Of a DNA stretch of 63,949 nucleotides, positions 30,381 through 38,899 are shown one piece after another (position 1 is the first letter of the stretch; each line of letters opens with the position of its first letter). This stretch comes from an uncultured Prevotellaceae bacterium (GTDB lineage Bacteria > Bacteroidota > Bacteroidia > Bacteroidales > Bacteroidaceae). The notes under the pieces were generated by a model. The model was not told where the DNA came from. It saw nothing but the letters and a program-made list of their open reading frames with translations, and did not search any database. The stretch lies in NCBI GenBank assembly GCA_946185805.1, contig CAMHKU010000001.1, forward strand, positions 1 through 63,949, given 5' to 3'. A program made the translations under genes and the position numbers.

Positions 30381-31205
30381 ATGAAAGAAATTAAACTGCG
30401 GCTGCTTGTCTCCTTCCTCATCATCTGCACCACTTCAACATTTGCATCCTGTACAAATAATGACGATAATCCATCGGACGGGCAACCAACCGTTGAGCGG
30501 ATTGTAGAGCGTGGCACATTGCTTGTCGGCACGACAGGCGATTATCGGCCGCTGTCGTTCCGTGAAAGTAATAATACATATTGGGGCTTCGGCATTGAAG
30601 TTGCCAAAGAGATTGCTGGCAGCTTAGGCGTAGCAATTGACTTTGTGCCTACATCTTGGCCTACGCTGACGGCTGACGTGCAGGCAGAGCCGCAGACTTT
30701 TGACTTTGCCATTGGCGGCATCACCATCACCGATGCCCGGCGTGAGACGATGCTGATGAGCGACGGCTATCTGGCTAACGGCAAGACCATACTTTGCAGG
30801 GCCGCCGATGCCCACCGCTACCAGTCGCTCAGCGATATTGACCAACCCGAAGTGCGCGTGATGGTGAACCCCGGCGGGCTTAACGAGAAGTTTGCCCGCG
30901 AAAACCTTACTCATACTATTCCTATCGTTCATCCGCAGAATGAAGAAATACCTGCGCTCGTTGCTGAGGGCTATGCCGACGTGATGATTACAGAAATTAC
31001 CGAAGCGCCTTATTATGTGCAAACCGACCCCCGGCTGGCAGCACCGTTGTTGAATGAGCCGTTTACCCACGGCCAAATCGGCGTGCTCATGCGTAAGGGC
31101 CAGGATGACTTGCTTGCCCGCATCAACGCAATCATTACCAGGATGAAGACCGACGGCACACTGCGCCGGCTTCATGAGAAATACGGGCTTATCTATGCTT
31201 ATTGA
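30381..31205 (+). CDS. Amino-acid substrate-binding family lipoprotein (cyclohexadienyl dehydratase PheC-like)
   Basis: Lipobox FASC; GTLLVGTTGDYRPLS, FVPTSWPTL, GGITIT, VNPGGLNEKF; alternative start 30345. Confidence 0.72.
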   Translation: MKEIKLRLLVSFLIICTTSTFASCTNNDDNPSDGQPTVERIVERGTLLVGTTGDYRPLSFRESNNTYWGFGIEVAKEIAGSLGVAIDFVPTSWPTLTADVQAEPQTFDFAIGGITITDARRETMLMSDGYLANGKTILCRAADAHRYQSLSDIDQPEVRVMVNPGGLNEKFARENLTHTIPIVHPQNEEIPALVAEGYADVMITEITEAPYYVQTDPRLAAPLLNEPFTHGQIGVLMRKGQDDLLARINAIITRMKTDGTLRRLHEKYGLIYAY

Positions 31206-31339
31206 AGTTCCCATGTCCATGTCATTAGCAGTCATTAGCAGTCACCACATGTTTTATAGAAATTAACTTGAATGCTGGCGGAATTCCGTTTTTTTTTGTA
31301 ATTTTGCACCGAGAAAGCAGCAAACAGTCAAACCTCAAC

Positions 31340-31888
31340 ATGAAAATCGGTATCTTTGGTGGTTCGTTCAACCCCATACACAATGGACATCTTGCATTGG
31401 CCAAGGCAATGGTGAGCCAGTGCGGTGTGGATGAGGTGTGGCTGATGGTGTCACCACTGAACCCGCTGAAGCAAGAGCGTCAACTGCTGGACGACCAGCG
31501 GCGCTACGAGCTGGCACAAAGGGCTCTCAAGGGTACGGAGCGTGTGAAAGCCAGCGATTACGAATTCCGACTGCCGCGCCCATCGTATACATGGAATACC
31601 CTGCAACATCTGAGCAGCGACTATCCTGAGCATGAGTTCGTGCTGCTGATAGGAGGCGACAACTGGGCTCACTTTCAGCGTTGGCGTCACTGGAAGGACA
31701 TTTTGTGGCATTACAGGGTCATTGTATATCCCCGCGACGAATACCCTGGAACCATAGTCGTGCCCCTGTTGCCGATATCGAGCACGGAGATACGCCAGCG
31801 GGTAAGGCGAGGTGATAGCATCTGTGGGCTGGTGCCTGACAGTATCAGGGAGCAAGTGGTAACATACTATGGTAAAAATGACAAATGA
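31340..31888 (+). CDS. nadD: Nicotinate-nucleotide adenylyltransferase
   Basis: GIFGGSFNPIHNGH, PSYT, LIGGDN, ISSTEIR; TAATTTTG promoter upstream. Confidence 0.92.
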   Translation: MKIGIFGGSFNPIHNGHLALAKAMVSQCGVDEVWLMVSPLNPLKQERQLLDDQRRYELAQRALKGTERVKASDYEFRLPRPSYTWNTLQHLSSDYPEHEFVLLIGGDNWAHFQRWRHWKDILWHYRVIVYPRDEYPGTIVVPLLPISSTEIRQRVRRGDSICGLVPDSIREQVVTYYGKNDK

Positions 31889-31917
31889 CAAATGATAAAT
31901 GATAAATGCCCAATGAA
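31876..31917. repeat. AAATGAY heptamer array carrying nadD stop and next start
   Basis: aaatgac aaatgac aaatgat aaatgat aaatgcc caatgaa. Confidence 0.88.
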
Positions 31918-32716
31918 AAAGAAGAACCTGTGGATGTTTGCCGCCATCCTTACCATTATTTGCGGCGCTGGTGTTGTCACCAGCTGTAGTAGTGCTAACG
32001 ACAATACTGCTGCTGTTGTCAGTCCTACCGATGACTGCAGCCAGTTTGTCAATCTGACGGATGTCGTGCCCGATGCTATTTTGGAGATACGCTACTATGG
32101 TACGTATAACTTCGTCGGCACACGCATTGACGGCTACGAGGAGCCTACGGCACTGCTGACGAAGCAGGCCGCCAAAGCGCTGAAAGAAGTGAGCGATGAT
32201 GTGATGGCACAAGGCTACCGGCTAAAGATCTACGACGCTTACCGTCCACAGAAAGGCGTAGACCACTTTGTACGCTGGTCAAAGGACGTCAGCGACACGA
32301 AGATGAAGTCCTACTTCTATCCCGATTTAGACAAAAGCGTACTCTTTGAGCAGGATTATATCATATTGAAGAGTGGCCACACACGTGGCTCAACCGTTGA
32401 CCTGACACTTTTCGACATGCGTACGGAGAAGGAACTGGATATGGGCGGTACTTTTGACTGGTTCGGCCCCGAGAGCCATCCCGACTTCTGCGGCAATCCC
32501 GATACGGGTGAATATACTGGCGATAATTCGAAAAGTCCTGCAGAGCCGAAGCGAAGCATCACTGCCGAGCAGTTTAATAACCGAATGATTTTGCGCCGCG
32601 CGATGCTGGCCCACGGCTTCAAGCCTCTTGATAGCGAGTGGTGGCATTTCACGCTGAAGGACGAACCCTTCCCCGACACTTATTTTACCTTCCCAGTAAA
32701 AAAAATAGGTCTGTAG
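31913..32716 (+). CDS. D-Ala-D-Ala dipeptidase (M15D, VanX/DdpX-like) lipoprotein
   Basis: Lipobox VTSC; YDAYRP, SGHTRGSTVDLTL, DMGGTFDWF, EWWHF. Confidence 0.88.
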   Translation: MKKKNLWMFAAILTIICGAGVVTSCSSANDNTAAVVSPTDDCSQFVNLTDVVPDAILEIRYYGTYNFVGTRIDGYEEPTALLTKQAAKALKEVSDDVMAQGYRLKIYDAYRPQKGVDHFVRWSKDVSDTKMKSYFYPDLDKSVLFEQDYIILKSGHTRGSTVDLTLFDMRTEKELDMGGTFDWFGPESHPDFCGNPDTGEYTGDNSKSPAEPKRSITAEQFNNRMILRRAMLAHGFKPLDSEWWHFTLKDEPFPDTYFTFPVKKIGL

Positions 32717-32730
32717 CTCAGATTTCTTAA

Positions 32731-32757
32731 TGAGTCCACTTTTAGGAAGTGGACTCA
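32731..32757. terminator. Hairpin between convergent genes
   Basis: TGAGTCCACTT-TTAGG-AAGTGGACTCA. Confidence 0.65.
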
Positions 32758-32762
32758 ATTTG

Positions 32763-33251
32763 TTATTCTTCAGCGCAGCGCTCGTAGTCTACGAATGCGT
32801 AGGCGTAGTCGTGGCGCTCTTCGTTGGGATGGTCTTCGCGCGCCACCTCGTGCCAGTCGTCGTAGGGTGGGAAGAAGGTGTCCGCCTGCTGTGGCTCGTC
32901 GTCAATCTCTGTTAGGCACAGGCGGTCGGCCTTGTCTAGTAGTTCCTTATAGAGGCTGGCGCCGCCGATGATAAAGATGTCCTCGTGGGGCTGGCAGGTG
33001 GCGATAAACTCGTCCCACGAGGCGAAGCACTCGCAGCCCGGCAGATGGCTGACGGTTGTCGTCAGCACGCAGTTGCGGCGGTTGGGCAGCGCTCCTTTGG
33101 GCAGGCTCTCAAAGGTGCGGCGGCCCATGAGTATGGTGTGGCCGGTGGTCAACTGCTTGAAGCGCTTCAGGTCGTTGGGCAACCAGTATATCAGTTTGTT
33201 TTGAAAGCCGATGGCACGGTTGCGCGCCACGGCAGCTATCATGGTAATCAT
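32763..33251 (-). CDS. folA: Dihydrofolate reductase
   Basis: IAAVARNRAIG, LPNDLKRFK, MGRRTFESL, LPNRRN, IIGGASLY, ADTFFP. Confidence 0.94.
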   Translation of the reverse strand: MITMIAAVARNRAIGFQNKLIYWLPNDLKRFKQLTTGHTILMGRRTFESLPKGALPNRRNCVLTTTVSHLPGCECFASWDEFIATCQPHEDIFIIGGASLYKELLDKADRLCLTEIDDEPQQADTFFPPYDDWHEVAREDHPNEERHDYAYAFVDYERCAEE

Positions 33252-33305
33252 TTCAATTCACAATTCATAATTCTCAACTCTCAACTCTCAACTCTTAATT
33301 CTCCA
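33252..33305. repeat. TCTCAAY heptamer array filling the AsnC-folA spacer
   Basis: ttcaattcacaattcataattctcaactctcaactctcaactcttaattctcca. Confidence 0.85.
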
Positions 33306-33788
33306 CTACTCGTCCTCGTTGTCAATCATGCTGGCGATAGGCATCTGGCGGTTGATGGCCGAGTGGAAGGAGATGAGCGTCTGGCTGCTGGCTAGCCCCA
33401 GTGGCTGTAGACGGTCGTGGATGGTGGTGAGCAGGTCGTGGTTGTTGCGGGCATAGATTTTGATGAACATGTCGAAATTGCCGGTCGTGTAGTGGCACTC
33501 CACCACCTCGGGAATCTTTTTCAGTTCTTCAACTACAGAGTCGAAGCGCTCGGGGTCTTTCAGGTTCAGGCCTATGTAGGCACAGGTTTCGAAGCCAATC
33601 TTCTCAGGGTCGATGATAAACTGTGAGCCTTTCAGTATGCCCATGTTGGTAAGCTTCTGTATGCGCTGGTGGATAGCAGCGCCGCTGACATTGCAGCTGC
33701 GGGCTACCTCTAAGAAGGGTATGCGTGCGTCGTTGGCAATAAGCTTGAGTATCTGCTTGTCTAACTTGTCTAACTTCTGGTTTGCCAT
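33306..33788 (-). CDS. Lrp/AsnC family transcriptional regulator
   Basis: LDKLDKQILKLI..DARIPF..VSGAAIHQRIQKL, IPEVVECHYTTGNFD. Confidence 0.92.
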   Translation of the reverse strand: MANQKLDKLDKQILKLIANDARIPFLEVARSCNVSGAAIHQRIQKLTNMGILKGSQFIIDPEKIGFETCAYIGLNLKDPERFDSVVEELKKIPEVVECHYTTGNFDMFIKIYARNNHDLLTTIHDRLQPLGLASSQTLISFHSAINRQMPIASMIDNEDE

Positions 33789-33818
33789 AATTCTAATGCT
33801 TATATGTGATTTAGGATA

Positions 33819-36572
33819 TTACTGTCGTTGCTGCTGATTGATGATTTTACCGGTTGTGCCGTCGCTATACCTGACGATGTTGACACCGTGCTGCGGCTGG
33901 CTGTGGCTCTGGCCGTCAAGACTGTAGTAGGCGGTGGGTGATGGGCGCTGGGCGGCAGTAGCAGGATGGATGGCGGTGTAGGTGCCTTCTTTCACCTGGT
34001 TCACGGCATTGCCGTCGAGGGCGTAGTTGTAGATACGCATGTCGTCGATGTAGGCGCGCAGGTTGTTGCTTGCGGCATCGGTGCTATGGCCAACGTAGCA
34101 GAACACGGGCTGCACGTCGGCAGGTGTGATGGTGAGGTTGGTGGCGCTGGCCGCTTCCTGACCGTCAATGTAGATGGTGGTCTTGTCGCGGCTGATGGTG
34201 ATAGCCACGTGCTGCCAGGTGACATTGGCCAGCCGCGGGGCATCGAGAGTCTGCTCGGTGGTGCCGTCGCTGATAGCGTACTGCAGGCCTTTGTTGCTGG
34301 TGGTCAGCCAGAGACGCTTGCCGAGACCGTTGCCGAAGTCGAAGATGTGCTGCCCGCTGAGGGCGCTGTTGCGCCAGTTTATCCAGAGTGTGACGGTCAG
34401 CTCCTCACTGTCGGCAATGCCATAGGGCAGCTGCAGGTATTGTGAGCCGGCAAGACTGAGAGCCTTGGCGTCTGTCTGGTGGCCGGTAACGTAAGTGGCC
34501 GTTGAGGTGCTGCCTGTCAGTGTGGCGTCGAGCAGGTTGGGCGTTAGGTCGTTGAGCTGCCCGTCGAGACTCCATTGTGCCACCAGGGATGGCGCGCCGG
34601 TGGGCTTGGCAACGACGCTCGCTGAAGGCTCCGACAGGTTGGCGCTGCGGTCGATGGCCTTGATGCGGTATTCATATTCGCAGCCCTGACGGCAGCTGTT
34701 GTCGAGGAATGTGGTTGTGGTCAGTCCGCGGGCAATGGTGTGCCACCGGTCGCTGCCGCGCTCGGCACGCAGCACCTGATAGCCGCTGAGGTCAGCCTCG
34801 CTGCTGGCCGTCCACTGCAACTCTACGCCGATGGCCGTCGGCGTGGCGGTGAGTCCTGAAGGCTGAGCCGGAGCATTGAGTTCACATTCGGCGTCGGTGG
34901 GTATGATGCGCCACAGCTGGCGGTCGCGGCTGCGTCCTGCCAGCAAGGGTTGCTGATTGATGTTCACACCGTTAGAGGTCAGCATCGACTCCAGTGTCAT
35001 GTAGAGAGCGCTCTCGCGGTTGCGGATGAAGAAGAATCCGTCGCCGGCGTATTCCAGATACCACTGCTCGTTGGACGACGGCTGGTCGTTAGCCCAGGCT
35101 ATGAGGTTGCCGCCGGCTTCAAGTGAGAAGTTGAGCACGTCGATATGTCGCTGGTCGTAGAGCGAACGGATGTCGTAGAAACTGTAGTCGCCGCCGATGC
35201 GCGAGCTGACGGGGTTGATGCTCCACTGTTGCTTCTTGTCGCCGGTGTCTTTCATCTGGCTGATATTCATATTGCCGTTGGCATTGCCAGCCTGTGCTAC
35301 GAGCCGCTTGGTGTATTTGTTCATAATCTTATAGTCGCCATCAATGGGGTAGGGCTGCACGTCCTCGCCCCAGGTGACGTCTACCACGCGCTCGGCATTG
35401 GTCTGGCCGCGCTGGTAGCTCGTGCCGCCGGGAATCTCCATGCGGTATTCGTAACAGGGACCGTAGCCGTCGTAGTAGACGGGATGGTCGATCGATACGA
35501 ATCGGTAGGCTGTAGTGGCTGCCTGCCGTTCCGACGACCCTATAAAGGCTTTCACGCGGCCGTCGTCGTGGCGGTAGACTGAGGCTGCCGTCCAATTGTT
35601 GCGATGCTCGGCATAGGAGAGACGCATGCCGTTGCGGCTGATGTCGCAGAACTCGCCGCGTGCGCGGCTGTCGAAGCCCCACCAGATGCCCACCGTCATG
35701 CCGTGCTCCAGGCCCGTCATGGCTTCTACCACGTTGTGCATCTCGTCGTTATAACCTGTCTTGCCGTCGGCCTGCAGACGGTCGTGGAAGGCAATGTAGT
35801 TGACCATCGACCCTGCCAGCTGGTGGGTGTTACCCCAGTCGTAGACATCGCTGCCGGGGGTGTACCATTGCAGGGCCTTGTCGTCGTTGAGCGTGTTGCC
35901 GCCGGCAATGGCAATACCCTCCATGTTGGCGGCGTAGGCTTCGCGGAGCTTGCGGGCAACGGCAGCCTCGTTTTGTGCCGTTCCCTGTATCAGGTTGACG
36001 TCGGCGTCGTAGTCAGGCTCGTTGAAGGGCGACACACCTACGATGGGGTGCTCTGTATTGGCTTTCATCCAGCTGACGTGAGCGTCGATGACGGCAGCCC
36101 ACCGGTTGATGTTGGCCTGGTGGTTGGTGGTGTAGTAAGCATTGATGTTAGGCCCGCTGTGGCCGTCGGGGCGGTAGCCGTTGTCGCAGTTGAACACCAG
36201 CGGCAGGTCTTTGCTCACCTTGTCGAACAGCCGTGAGCGTGTCTGCAGACCCTCAATCTGGTCGACGGTGAGCGACACATCGTTCACCAGTGGTTTCAGC
36301 ACTCGGAAGGAGGTGCGGCCAATGCCTACGTTCTTGCTCCCCATGTGGTTGACGCCTTTCATCAGGTTCTGCTCGTTAATCCATGCCAGGTCGAGCCCCC
36401 AGGTGGGTGTAAAGCGTTGTCCGTCGGCCTTGATGGAGAAAGGCACGAGTACGTCGTTCGGCGTTGCCGCTGGCTTAAGGATACTCCATGCGCTTACGGG
36501 GCGCTCTCCCGTCTGGCCCGTGGCCGAGAGGCAACCGAGTGCCATATATGTACCAAGTAGTAGTTTCTTCAT
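33819..36572 (-). CDS. Secreted multidomain protein: putative glycoside-hydrolase-like N-domain, ricin-type lectin, Fn3, LamG, T9SS-type tail
   Basis: Signal peptide; SPFNEPDY; QQW/EQW/QLW ricin motifs; APAQPSGL Fn3; WQHVAIT..IDDMRIYNYAL LamG; YYSLDGQ..HGVNIV tail. Confidence 0.72.
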   Translation of the reverse strand: MKKLLLGTYMALGCLSATGQTGERPVSAWSILKPAATPNDVLVPFSIKADGQRFTPTWGLDLAWINEQNLMKGVNHMGSKNVGIGRTSFRVLKPLVNDVSLTVDQIEGLQTRSRLFDKVSKDLPLVFNCDNGYRPDGHSGPNINAYYTTNHQANINRWAAVIDAHVSWMKANTEHPIVGVSPFNEPDYDADVNLIQGTAQNEAAVARKLREAYAANMEGIAIAGGNTLNDDKALQWYTPGSDVYDWGNTHQLAGSMVNYIAFHDRLQADGKTGYNDEMHNVVEAMTGLEHGMTVGIWWGFDSRARGEFCDISRNGMRLSYAEHRNNWTAASVYRHDDGRVKAFIGSSERQAATTAYRFVSIDHPVYYDGYGPCYEYRMEIPGGTSYQRGQTNAERVVDVTWGEDVQPYPIDGDYKIMNKYTKRLVAQAGNANGNMNISQMKDTGDKKQQWSINPVSSRIGGDYSFYDIRSLYDQRHIDVLNFSLEAGGNLIAWANDQPSSNEQWYLEYAGDGFFFIRNRESALYMTLESMLTSNGVNINQQPLLAGRSRDRQLWRIIPTDAECELNAPAQPSGLTATPTAIGVELQWTASSEADLSGYQVLRAERGSDRWHTIARGLTTTTFLDNSCRQGCEYEYRIKAIDRSANLSEPSASVVAKPTGAPSLVAQWSLDGQLNDLTPNLLDATLTGSTSTATYVTGHQTDAKALSLAGSQYLQLPYGIADSEELTVTLWINWRNSALSGQHIFDFGNGLGKRLWLTTSNKGLQYAISDGTTEQTLDAPRLANVTWQHVAITISRDKTTIYIDGQEAASATNLTITPADVQPVFCYVGHSTDAASNNLRAYIDDMRIYNYALDGNAVNQVKEGTYTAIHPATAAQRPSPTAYYSLDGQSHSQPQHGVNIVRYSDGTTGKIINQQQRQ

Positions 36573-36588
36573 GTGTCTTAGGTGTTTA

Positions 36589-36665
36589 CTTATCACTTAT
36601 CACTTATCACTTATCGCTTATCACTTATCGCTTATCGCTTATCACTTATCACTTATCGCTTATCA
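36589..36665. repeat. CTTATCR heptamer x11
   Basis: Eleven exact-period units; contains the ExbD stop at 36663-36665. Confidence 0.97.
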
Positions 36666-37145
36666 CTTAGTCTTCGCCGCAGGCGAAGCCGCGTAGCTGA
36701 TGTTCAAGGCATACGACCGCCTGAGTGCCTGCTTCACATCGTTGATGACGGCCATAGGCACGTCGCGGTCGGCCTCGATGCTGACGGTCATCCGCTCCAG
36801 GTCCTCGCCGCTCAATCCTTGGCGCTCCTGGTCTATGAAGCGGGCAATGTCGGCTACGGTGGCTACCTCGTTGTTGAGTTGTATCTGATAGTCGTCGGTG
36901 GAACCGTCCAGGGGCTTACCTATATATATGTGTATAACAGATGCTTTGTGGGCTACCTTTTCTACCTCGGTGCCGGCGGGCAACTGATAGGTTACCTTCT
37001 TCTCTACGTCGCGCATGTGGGTGACTATCATGAAGAAGAAGAGCACGGTGAAAATCAAGTCGGGCAGCGACGCCATGTTCAGCTCCGGCACATTGTGGTC
37101 GGGGCGGCGGAAGTGGCGGCGTAGCTTTAATTCACTGTCCATCAA
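36663..37145 (-). CDS. exbD: ExbD/TolR family protein
   Basis: VPELNMASLPDLIFTVLFFFMIVT, IEADRDVPM. Confidence 0.88.
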   Translation of the reverse strand: MMDSELKLRRHFRRPDHNVPELNMASLPDLIFTVLFFFMIVTHMRDVEKKVTYQLPAGTEVEKVAHKASVIHIYIGKPLDGSTDDYQIQLNNEVATVADIARFIDQERQGLSGEDLERMTVSIEADRDVPMAVINDVKQALRRSYALNISYAASPAAKTK

Positions 37146-37149
37146 GCTC

Positions 37150-37274
37150 TATTTACTATTTACAGATTTACTATTTACTATTTATTGCCTGCGCGGTAGC
37201 CGCTCGGTGCTTTGCGACGCTTGCTACCAACGGGATGCTAGAAATTATTCACTCTTCACTTTTCACTTTTCACT
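37150..37274. repeat. Composite spacer cassette, filled form
   Basis: (TATTTAC)n-CCTGCGCGGTAGC-[41 bp, 37201-37241]-AAATT-(TTCACTY)n. Confidence 0.9.
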
Positions 37275-37698
37275 AGCGTAGCGTTTCACTCACCCTTGGT
37301 GTGCATTTCAGCGGCTTGTAGGCGGCCACGATGGCGTTCTGTAGTTGGAAGTAGGTGTCGTAGGTAGTCTCCGGTGCCGTCTCTATGGCTATGACGCGGT
37401 GCTTGGGATTGACGGCGGCAAACTTCCTTACCTCCTGCTCTATGCGACTGATGCCAATGCTGTCGCCGTTGAGCGTCATCTGGTTGTTGGCGTCGATGAC
37501 GATGGTCAAGATGTCTTCCTGCCGTATGTCTGCCACCTGTTCCTCTTCCTGGGGCGGTGGCGGCAATTGGCGATGCAGTCCCTTCCCGGCATCCATCGAC
37601 GAGGTTACCAGGAAGAATATCAACAGCATGAACGAGATGTCGGCTGTTGATGAGGTGTTTAGCGACGGCACTTCGCTACGCCGACGATGACGGAACAT
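37273..37698 (-). CDS. exbD: ExbD/TolR family protein
   Basis: VPSLNTSSTADISFMLLIFFLVTSSM. Confidence 0.88.
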   Translation of the reverse strand: MFRHRRRSEVPSLNTSSTADISFMLLIFFLVTSSMDAGKGLHRQLPPPPQEEEQVADIRQEDILTIVIDANNQMTLNGDSIGISRIEQEVRKFAAVNPKHRVIAIETAPETTYDTYFQLQNAIVAAYKPLKCTPRVSETLR

Positions 37699-38009
37699 AG
37701 ACAAATCAGTATCAGTGATGTATAGATAAACATATCGGTGAGCCTAAGCCATAGCGTGTCGGTAAAAGGCTGGCCGTTGGAAACTACAGGCTGCGTGGAG
37801 CCAAAGAGGAAGGTGACGAGTAGCGTGACGGCTACCACGGCCGTCGTGGCGTAGCCGAGCATCGATGTGTGGCGTGCCGCCAGCGTGTCGTCAGTTCGTT
37901 CATGGGTCATCACACCATGCACGGCCGACCATAGGGCGGCAGCTATAGCCACCGCCAGCAGGACATACATTGTCCACAGCACTATGTCAATCAGCAGCGA
38001 ACCCTCCAT
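37659..38009 (-). CDS. Small multi-TM membrane protein of the exbB-exbD-exbD operon
   Basis: Three hydrophobic segments, WLRLTDMFIYTS; position between exbB and exbD. Confidence 0.72.
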   Translation of the reverse strand: MEGSLLIDIVLWTMYVLLAVAIAAALWSAVHGVMTHERTDDTLAARHTSMLGYATTAVVAVTLLVTFLFGSTQPVVSNGQPFTDTLWLRLTDMFIYTSLILICLCSVIVGVAKCRR

Positions 38010-38011
38010 GT

Positions 38012-38096
38012 TATTTACTATTTACAGATTTACTATTTACTATTTATTACCTGCGCGGTAGCAAATTTTTCACTCTTCACTTTTCACTCTTCACTT
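38012..38096. repeat. Composite spacer cassette, empty form
   Basis: First 51 nt match 37150-37200 at 50/51, then directly AAATT-(TTCACTY)n; contains the exbB stop. Confidence 0.9.
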
Positions 38097-38835
38097 TCAT
38101 AATGGTGTCGAGCAGCGATACCACCGACTCCTCCATCTGCGACGTCAGGTGCTCAATCTTCGACGTGATGTAGCTGTAGAACAGCTGCAAGATGAGCGCC
38201 ACGACGATGCCGAAGATGGTGGTGATGAGCGCCACCTTCATGCCCGAGGCCACGATGGTGGGGCCGATGTCGCCAGCTATCTGTATCTGCTCGAAGGCCA
38301 TCACCATGCCGATGACCGTACCGAGGAAGCCCAGCGACGGCGCCATGGCAATAAACAGCTTGATCCACGACGTGCCCTTCTCCAGCTTCGCCGTCTGCAC
38401 GGAGCCGTAGCTGTAGATGCTGCGCTCGATGTCGTCCATCTGCTCGTCGATATGCATCAGTCCCTGGTAGCAGATGCTCGCCACCGGGCCGCGGGTGTTA
38501 CGGCACAGAGTCTTAGCACCCTCGATGTCGCCGTTGCTGACGCGCTCGTCGATGTCGCTCATCAGTTTCTTGGCGTTGATTTCCGATAGCGTCAAGTAGG
38601 TGATGCGCTCAATACAGAACGCCAGTCCCAACACCAGTGCCAGGGCTACCAACGACATAAACAGCGGTGTGCCGTCGATGAATAGTTTCTTCAGTTGGAA
38701 GTGCATGCCCCCCTCGTCGGCCATCAGTTCAACAGCCTCGTCGGCGGGTACGGCCTGTCCGTATGCCGTCTGGGCAATAGCAGCAATGCCTACTATTGCA
38801 ACCAAACCGATAAGCTTCTTCATTGTATCTTTCAA
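38077..38835 (-). CDS. exbB: MotA/TolQ/ExbB proton channel protein
   Basis: APSLGFLGTVIGMVMAF, GMKVALITTIFG; promoter TTTG..TACTTTTG at 38855-38886 (minus). Confidence 0.9.
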   Translation of the reverse strand: MKDTMKKLIGLVAIVGIAAIAQTAYGQAVPADEAVELMADEGGMHFQLKKLFIDGTPLFMSLVALALVLGLAFCIERITYLTLSEINAKKLMSDIDERVSNGDIEGAKTLCRNTRGPVASICYQGLMHIDEQMDDIERSIYSYGSVQTAKLEKGTSWIKLFIAMAPSLGFLGTVIGMVMAFEQIQIAGDIGPTIVASGMKVALITTIFGIVVALILQLFYSYITSKIEHLTSQMEESVVSLLDTIMKVKSEK

Positions 38836-38899
38836 TCTGTTATCAATTTGGTTGCAAAAGTAGGCATTTTCCGCGAGACTGCCAAATTTCTTAATATTA

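Noticed and set aside
31913-32716. Vancomycin resistance locus
   Set aside because: Lone VanX/DdpX-like dipeptidase with no vanH/vanA/vanRS in a Gram-negative host
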